Assembly (NCBI GenBank): GCA_012295275.1
Contig: CM022665.1
Coordinates: 8,990,001-9,054,000, forward strand
Length of the DNA stretch: 64,000 nucleotides
Direction: 5' to 3'
DNA from: Chrysomallon squamiferum
Lineage: Eukaryota; Animalia; Mollusca
Shown here: positions 57,233-64,000 of the stretch, piece after piece
Position numbering within the stretch: the first letter of the stretch is position 1
How the letters are laid out: the number at the start of each line of letters is the position of its first letter
Program-made: the position numbers and the translations under genes
The notes under the pieces: model-generated
Told to the model about the DNA's origin: nothing
Seen by the model: only the letters and a program-made list of their open reading frames with translations
Databases searched by the model: none

Positions 57233-57675
57233 TTTTTTTTTTTTTTTTTTTTTCTTGTTTTTGTTTTTATCAAATAGACATTTCATTCTTAAATTTCATT
57301 TGAATTTATATACTTTAAATGCTTTTTTTTTTAAAATCTACTTTCCATATTTTTAGCAAATCATAATTTGTTATCTTAATTTTTTTTGTTGTTTTTTTAT
57401 ATATTTATTATAAAATGTTCTCTTTTAAAAAAAAAATTCAATTAATTACCATTGAAGAAGAAGTAGAAAAATTATTTTCAGTCTGGTATTTAACACTCTG
57501 TTTTCTAAATTTCAGATTACTGGAGTTGTTGGAAGTGTATGAAGTTGTATGGGACAAGCGCTATCTACCTCACAAAGGCAAATACGACTCAATCCACATT
57601 TTACAAAACCTGCTGAGACTGCTCGTTCCAGAGCAGTCACCCGAAAACTTCTCCAACCTGTCTGACGTGTTGTAA
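41689..57675 (+). CDS. Ankyrin-repeat plus GH20 (hexosaminidase-like, catalytically degenerate) protein, about 929 aa, 23 exons
   Basis: join(41689..41785,42594..42676,43264..43415,44028..44158,45101..45236,45523..45647,46095..46231,46452..46623,47117..47301,47820..47930,48130..48201,48587..48637,49503..49567,50098..50244,50735..50936,51249..51295,51648..51689,52178..52364,53106..53241,53817..53923,54730..54854,55443..55562,57516..57675) = 2790 nt. All introns are GT-AG with matching phases and there is no internal stop. Ankyrin motifs: GTLLHYA, NTPIHWAV, GHTPLYDAV. GH20 motifs: LWPQPQ, YALCTLLQL, IDDWP..YRGILLD, KINQIYLY, VCPGTAAWNS. Confidence 0.92.
42085..42151 (-). mobile_element. Degenerate tRNA-derived SINE head in intron 1 of the ANK-GH20 gene
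   Basis: Minus strand caagtggttagtgacc...gttcaaatcccggtacaggc (A-box-like and B-box-like). Confidence 0.4.
42594..42676 (+). CDS. ANK-GH20 exon 2
   Basis: ttcag|...AAG|gtataa; LNEPYVADGTLLHYATK. Confidence 0.9.
43264..43415 (+). CDS. ANK-GH20 exon 3
   Basis: LERNDIVRTLLASGADPGVQNSQGKLPLDLASDQIRSVYNEELLQATAQS; gtaagt donor. Confidence 0.92.
44028..44158 (+). CDS. ANK-GH20 exon 4
   Basis: VGRVCQLLAAGVDINLTDSDQTKNTPIHWAVSYGSRDIVQCLA; gtgagt donor. Confidence 0.92.
45101..45236 (+). CDS. ANK-GH20 exon 5
   Basis: RGADMNRVNAAGHTPLYDAVVRGDKGIVEELLLNGA. Confidence 0.92.
45523..45647 (+). CDS. ANK-GH20 exon 6
   Basis: LNGLQSLLKLAAGNEEIVQLLKSPP...; phases match both neighbours. Confidence 0.88.
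46095..46231 (+). CDS. ANK-GH20 exon 7 (linker)
   Basis: DSKRNLVHFDSTASVESLVESD...LLSPTFK. Confidence 0.85.
46452..46623 (+). CDS. ANK-GH20 exon 8 (start of GH20 domain 2)
   Basis: KLNLLWPQPQSIVQ motif; gtaagt donor. Confidence 0.9.
47117..47301 (+). CDS. ANK-GH20 exon 9
   Basis: ...CPGRASYKITVTPKQ (Y.L.V strand of GH20 domain 2). Confidence 0.88.
47820..47930 (+). CDS. ANK-GH20 exon 10
   Basis: LRIMCGTTESLQYALCTLLQLL...IPTLL; gtgagt donor. Confidence 0.9.
48130..48201 (+). CDS. ANK-GH20 exon 11
   Basis: IDDWPELSYRGILLDFSQGRIPNM. Confidence 0.92.
48587..48637 (+). CDS. ANK-GH20 exon 12
   Basis: ETLKELLDQLSLLKINQ. Confidence 0.9.
49503..49567 (+). CDS. ANK-GH20 exon 13
   Basis: IYLYTRFLAKQSTEWQFCYSR. 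Confidence 0.88.
49651..49850 (+). mobile_element. Degenerate Meta/MESC-type SINE in an intron
   Basis: tRNA-like head (tgtagctgattgttaaa...ggtttcagtcc) followed by ccattggactgtttcc...tatcaaagactgt, resembling the recalled Meta-domain consensus. Confidence 0.45.
50098..50244 (+). CDS. ANK-GH20 exon 14
   Basis: EILELDVFCEHRGLNLIPVLD... (GH20 EI.EL..Y...RGI..IP motif). Confidence 0.92.
50735..50936 (+). CDS. ANK-GH20 exon 15 (degenerate catalytic strand)
   Basis: FVSIGPRLSSF...PDVIFCEYGVE. Confidence 0.9.
51249..51295 (+). CDS. ANK-GH20 exon 16
   Basis: ADHDFTKFSSPLADLG. Confidence 0.88.
51575..51631. repeat. (TAT)n microsatellite next to the exon 17 acceptor
   Basis: Perfect trinucleotide run. 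Confidence 0.9.
51648..51689 (+). CDS. ANK-GH20 exon 17
   Basis: INFLVCPGTAAWN. Confidence 0.9.
52178..52364 (+). CDS. ANK-GH20 exon 18
   Basis: LAGCPEAAVKNIYNA...GALGLVTCNWTGKGH...WPGFLMAAGLSWN. Confidence 0.92.
53106..53241 (+). CDS. ANK-GH20 exon 19
   Basis: DFLIANLADLLNQHVYLDEEQVVGQTVVELGRAETYL. Confidence 0.9.
53817..53923 (+). CDS. ANK-GH20 exon 20
   Basis: DDCHNLPDEQGSLLFRFLVQPDNVPLENLTVDIIQ; gtgagt donor. Confidence 0.9.
54730..54854 (+). CDS. ANK-GH20 exon 21
   Basis: RFVRHVKKCQ...ILSELQLTCDIMFFAA. Confidence 0.9.
55443..55562 (+). CDS. ANK-GH20 exon 22
   Basis: VSRCLVLSGKKPN...VVNFGIANLTSTARTDLAN. Confidence 0.9.
57516..57675 (+). CDS. ANK-GH20 exon 23 (stop)
   Basis: LLELLEVYEVVWDKRYLPHKGKYDSIHILQNLL...SDVL*. 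Confidence 0.9.
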
Positions 57676-57966
57676 CTGAGAAAAAATCAAAACTGTTGTT
57701 GTTATTTTACACTGGTTATCTGTCACCAGTAAACATATCCTCTTTGTGGCATAATCTGTTACTGTTATTGTTTACAAATACGAGATGATGTTATGGTTAT
57801 TGTTTGGGGTTTATCGCGAAGGTGTTAAAATTGTATTGCGATGAACTGCACATAGTTTCTTACATTAGATATCTGTCTCATACTAAAAGACATAACTGAA
57901 AACCTATTTTAAAAATCATATTTGAGGATTTATTTTTATAGACATTTTAAAAAATCATTAATTTGG

Positions 57967-57972
57967 AATAAA
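57967..57972 (+). terminator. Candidate polyadenylation signal of the ANK-GH20 gene
   Basis: First AATAAA noticed after the stop, about 290 nt downstream; the AT-rich context makes this weak. Confidence 0.3.
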
Positions 57973-60883
57973 GCTTTGTTATATTAACATTCTTGTAAAA
58001 ATTAAAGACAACTTTATATACTTTATATTTACAAAATGCTCTTTATCTAACATTTGTAAATATAAAGAGTTTATATATATTATTTTAGTAAAAGTAATGT
58101 TTATCATATATTTCAGTCATAATGTTTTATTCTGAAAAAATTTAGAATTATTTTTGTTTAGAATTATTTTTTTTAAATTGTCCTTTTACATGAGGAAGGA
58201 TAAAAAATCAGCATAATTTTTTCTGTATTGGAAAGAGAGAAAGTAATAATTAAACCGAATATGACTTAATTTGTTTTAAGATTAAGTGCTTGGTTTCATA
58301 TTCAGCTTTGTAGATGTAAAATCATATTGTTGCTTGTTGTTAAATAATGATAATGTTATAAACTTTAGGGATGGAAAAATTGTTACTTTTGTACTCTATG
58401 CTCAATGGATATCAGAAAGATAGAAAATCTCCATCCATAAAATTTATATTTTATTTTGTTTTACATTTTCATGAAGCTTGTTTCACATTAAATGTACTTT
58501 TTTTAAATGCTGAGGTATGGAGGGAAACAAATTTATTTATTTTAATTTTCTGTTGGTTTATAATATGGTGATCTTTAATTATTTTGTTAGATGGTATTGG
58601 CATTCACCTGAAAAGAGGTATGTTAAATTGATTCTGTATTATTACTTATGTTGTGGGAACTATTTTATTTTTGAGAATTTTCTTATTCTTTTTTCCATCT
58701 AGTGTATCATGTGATTTGTCTTGTAATTTGAGGTCTTCATAGTCACTCATAGCACAACATATTTTTATAATTGTTGATAATTTGCTTTATTGTAAATATA
58801 TATATATATATATATTACTTTTACATAAAAAATTATTAAAAATAATAATAATAATAGAAAATAACAATATTCACAAATAAAAATGTTTTAAAAACTGGGT
58901 ATTAATAAGGAAATTTTCTGATGCTTGTATACATATATACAAAAAAATATATATATATAGATAAAACATCTAATTGACTTTATTGGTCATTAATTGTGTT
59001 TTCTGGATCTCACATACACAGACATAGTCTTTATATCAACCTGAAAATCTAAAAATGTTATATTAATTTTCAAAATTTTTACTATAATTGATTATAATGG
59101 ATAATAAAAAGTATATAAGCTAAAACACCTCATTCACAAGTTTGTTTAAGATCTTTTAAATTTGTTTTTAAAAAAATCCAACAAAAACATACAGTCACCC
59201 ACACAAGATAACAAATGACGAGAAAATCTTTTAATATAAAAGACAGTATTTTTTGTTTTTGGGATTTTAAAGTGTTTTTTTCTCACCTGTATTATACCAA
59301 ATTATATTTGAATTTAAAAAAAAAAAAAAAATAAAAAAAAAATAAATATTAACTATAATAAATTAAGTACATAATATTTCTTCTTGTTTTTACTTCTTTT
59401 GACCTATAAGTTTATATTCAAAATTAAATTCATTTGTGAAATACTTTGGAAGAGATATAAACCTTTTTATTTTTAATCATATGTAAAGTTGGTATGAATT
59501 ATCATTAAATTAGTTGTTGTTCTAAAATTGTATTCAGGATTTCAGTCATAATTACAAATATTTATTGATTAATCTAATATACATCAGTTAATGTATGATG
59601 GATTTTCATTTGATCATAGTATATTATTTTCATTATATAATTTAGTGTAATCTTATAGCTTAATGGCTAAGAATATGGTGTCATTAGTTTATTTGTTTAA
59701 CTTTTCTTCCCATTTCACTTTGAATTTCAATCAGTGGATGTAGCTGTTTCACTCATCAGACTGGTAGCTGATAACATAGCAAAATAAAATAACCAAATCT
59801 GAACTAATATTAAATACATAACATCAATATATAATTCATTAATAAACAGATTCAAACATTTTGAGAATGCAGTTAATAAACTGACTGAAACTAATGTATT
59901 ATTCATGTTAAAAACCACAGGATTTTATGAAATAATACACTGGTTTTTGATTTTTGGTTAAACTGCCACAGGAAAAAAAAAATATAATAATGACTTTCAT
60001 TAACAAACATTGTCATCAGGTGACTTAAAATGTATCAATAATAAAGAATAAAAAAATTTGCATTATGATTGTCTCAATACAGTTGACATCTCTGCACATA
60101 TAAAAAATGAAACTATTTGACCTAACTGCTGAGATTAGCACCTCGGCTCCAGTTAGCACAAAATGTTCTCTGAGTGACATATGAAATATTAATACACATG
60201 TTTTATTGAGGATACAGTTTTTGATAACTTACTTTATGTCCTGGTTCTGTTTTAGCTGCATGTTTTGGTTTCATTCTAGTCAAGTGCTGCACCATATTTA
60301 CTTCCTTCTGTTTTTGACAGATTCAGTTTTTCCAGTATCAGAAGTAATCAGAGATGAAATAAGTATGACAGAAAATAAGTTATTAGCACTTTTCAAATTT
60401 CAATCAGTATGATTTTGTTTTAAATGGAAGTAGCCTTAGATTTCAGAACTGGCTGTGACAAAATTAACAGTGACAACGAAAAACCAGGGTATTTGAACTA
60501 ATAATTATATAAATGTTAGAAACATATTTCTTATTCTCATCAGTAATATTAAACTGGCCTTTGTTTTAAAATACTGTGCTTGTAAAAATATTTAATTTTT
60601 AAAATAATATAATGTTTTTTCCAGATACTCTTAACAGTCACAATAATTAGACATTTTAAATCATTGTTCAACTGACAAAAATTCATTCTGAAGCAAACCA
60701 TAAACATTAAAGGAACTCTCCTGTCAAATATTTTATGAATTAGATCCAACCCACTCTCTCACAAAATATTTTTTTAATAAATAAGTAACTATTATTTTGT
60801 ATAACCGTGACAAAACCTATCTTGTATTCTTCATTCATTGATTTCCAAATATGTGTAGTTACGTCGAGTATTTGTTAAATCGT

Positions 60884-60929
<46 letters not shown>

Positions 60930-63900
60930 CTTCTAAATATATATATATACAAACAATTATATGTATTAAGTAATATTACATGGATACGTATACTGGCTCC
61001 GGTTTTGGGTATTCGTTTAGTAAACAATTTTTCATGTCGAATGCTTCTGACTTTGTTATGATTTAGAATGGTAGAAATAATTAAACTGTGGGCTATATTT
61101 ATTTATTAATCCGGATTATTGCTCATTTTATATAAATGCTGTGACTTGAATAAATAAACTGGGTTTGAACTTTGTATATCTGTATTCATTTTTATAACAA
61201 AATCGAAGATTTGCGGAGGTTTGGTGTCGGATATATCTTAGAGTGCAACAGTCAAGTGATACAATTGACCTGAAATGTTACACTTCATTCACAGTGGAAT
61301 TAGTTCTGTCAAAATGTGGCAGTATGATGGCAGCTTCCCCAACCCCATCACCTCCCCCACAAAGTGAAAGAAACAGAAAATTAATAATTTTAATCATAAA
61401 TTTTTTTTTTTTTTTTTTTTAAAAGACAGTCTTAATTAAACTGTTTCTGAAAATACTACTTGACGTTAATACTGTAATACCGAATAACGGGAACGATCAG
61501 CTTTTTAAAATTTCAGAAAATTTGTTTTGCCATCATCTGATTTAATCAGCAACATTGTCAAACTTTATAATACTAACAACAACAACAATAATAACAGAAG
61601 AAGAAGACGATGATGACGAACAACAAAACATCAGTGATAAAATGCGTACATTAATTTTTGACAATTCAGTTTTGATAATGGCAGTTGGTTATACGATAAG
61701 TCAATTATGAGTAACATCTTCTGATAAACTCTAATGGATTTCTTGTGACTCAAAGTTATTTATCTGCCAGCATGATGATTGTGTCATCCAGAAATTCATA
61801 CAGAAAGAAATTCCAATTTAGACTTCAGTTTTAAAAAGGAGACAAAGAAACCATTGTTTCTTGCGATCTGGAGAAATTCTGAATTACTGGTGGGTTTTTA
61901 AAATAATATACAAATTGTGAAAATAAGATAGAAACGTAAATTCAGTAGCTGGTTAAATTATTCATTTTGTAGAAAACAGTTTTATTTATATGATACAAAA
62001 CTGTCTTGAAAATTAGGTTTTCAGATTAATTATTAATTTTAATGGCTCCAGAAAACTACAAGGTTTAAATGCAGAAAAGCTGAAGGTGATCTTGAAACAG
62101 TACGTTTTTAATCTCTGTACGTTTTTAATTTTGGTTTTTACAGAAACAGTTCAGCAGTTGGTCCCAACAGTCATGTATTCGTGCTCTTCTGACACAATTA
62201 ATCCTCGAGAGAACACAGCATCCTGATCTCAAGTTCTTGTATGGTCCCCATTTTCATAATTTTATTTAAAAACAGATTAATGTTAGTTGTACTTAAAACG
62301 AGTACGTGGTTGTCAATAATGACATTGTTTTTCGGCAGTTTTGTTGAAAGAAACAAAATATCGGTATTATGTGTTTGTTTTTGTTTTTTTCTTTTTTTGT
62401 ACCGCATATTCAAATCACCAAAAAACAAAAAATCTTGGTATTTTTTGGGTCAGAGAAATGTTCAAGCCATGTGTCGTGGGCCATACATTTTTAAGTTGGC
62501 CAGAAGATTTTGTCCAAGACAGGAGATATTAATTATTTTCACTTTGATTCATTACGAAACACTTTGAGATTTGATTAACTGAATATGTTTGTCCACAGAA
62601 TAAGTTATCTGATAGAATGTTTCTATAAATGGTTTTTCATTATTATTCTACTAAAACTGAATTGTATTGGGTTTAGGTACTACATGAGGTTGGTGTTTAT
62701 TTAATTCATTCATTCATTTTCTGGTTGACATTCCATAAAATAAAGAAATGTATGTGTGTGTGTGTGTGTGTGTGTGTTTGCGTGCATGTGAGACAGACAG
62801 AGCAGTGTGAAATTCATATGGTCGCTACGCTAACTTTGCCTTTGGACATGTACTAAACTACGCTAATGATACGAGATGACCAAAAACAAGTATTTTGCCG
62901 TAGTACCATTTCTTTCTTGTTAAAGAAGCTCTAATGTTTCATAGTTTCAGGCAACCGTCGTAACTAGGTCAACATTCACAAATAACATCATATGTAGGTC
63001 ACACATACTCCAGTGATCTTGCGGCTAAGTATGAAAACGTATTTTACGTTCCATTTGGATTAAATCAGGTTACAGTGTCAGTATTTCGTGTCCTTAGTAT
63101 TTCCTCTTTTTTTTAAAACTTTCTTCTTGTTTGTCTCTGCTTTATATCAGTTACAATAATAACAATAATAAATAAATAAATTAATTAATTAATTAATTAA
63201 TTAAAAACTGATTAACAAAAAGAACGAAATACAATCTTATTGTTAAATAATTGTGTTAAAAGATAGTTTTATTAAATTAAATTTTATAACCAAACACTAT
63301 TTAAATTTCAAATGTTAACTTTAGTACAACAAACATAAATCCTCTGCTCTGTTTTTATACACTTCATTTCTACACGTACCCTCTGTGACAGCTTCAGACT
63401 ATTGTGTTAATTTGAATGAAAAAAAAAGAATAATAATAATAAGTAAATAAATAAATAAAATAACATTAAATAAAACCTGTAGCTTAGACAAATTAAGCTA
63501 CATAAATGTATAAAGTCTTTAAAAAGATTTTCCAATAAAGAATTGTTCACCTTTTTTTGCATACCTGACAACCTGGTAGTCAAACGGAGAGTAATACGTT
63601 GATGAATAATGTACAGTATTTATTTTGGTTGCAGTTTTAACAAATAGCACTTGCAGCGTCTAGGTAAGGAATGTGTGTACATATATATATATATAAAGAT
63701 AATTAAAGGTATAAAAGTTTAATGCTTACATTAACTTAAGGAAATGAATACGGATCACACAGTAAAAATAAGCATGGTGGAAGACGTTACTTTCTTTCAT
63801 AATTAATTAAGTCAAATTTAAATGTTAATATTGACCTAAGCAAATGTTTATTAACCTTTCCATAGACATTAAAAATGTCCGTATTGCTAGATATAAAAAG

Positions 63901-64000
63901 AAAAAACAACTATTAACTATATTTATTAACTGCATTTTTAAATAAAATAATCAATGAATTTAAGAAATAATAAAAAATAAAAACTTAAAATGTTATGATG

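Noticed and set aside
57661-57675. C-terminal SDVL as a PDZ-binding motif
   Set aside because: Only a loose class III match, too common to claim without conservation data
62198-62567. ORFs of 63-108 aa near the window end
   Set aside because: Low-complexity F/L/I/K composition, no domain and no splice-consistent partners

Overview
AT-rich, intron-containing animal genomic DNA. The SINE remnants and gene content suggest a mollusc, probably a gastropod (inference). All coordinates and translations were derived by hand. The window has two + strand protein-coding genes. (1) The 3' part of an estrogen-related receptor gene (ERR/NR3B): five exons at 937-13510 covering the second zinc finger, hinge and ligand-binding domain; the upstream exons lie outside the window. 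(2) A complete 23-exon gene at 41689-57675 encoding about 929 aa: N-terminal ankyrin repeats fused to a GH20 (hexosaminidase-fold) module that has lost its catalytic and main substrate-binding residues, i.e. an apparent cytosolic pseudo-glycosidase. The first visible ERR intron carries a 2.8-kb internally deleted Sola2-type DNA transposon (about 620-bp TIRs, ATAA target duplication) whose TIRs contain perfect ERR response elements. A candidate internal first exon at 8314-8332 would give an ERR isoform lacking the zinc fingers. The ~21-kb intergenic interval is CpG-richer than the gene bodies. It holds microsatellites, SINE and Tc1 relics, hairpins and transcription-factor motif clusters, but no convincing protein-coding gene. 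Most ORFs in the supplied track are microsatellite or antisense artefacts.
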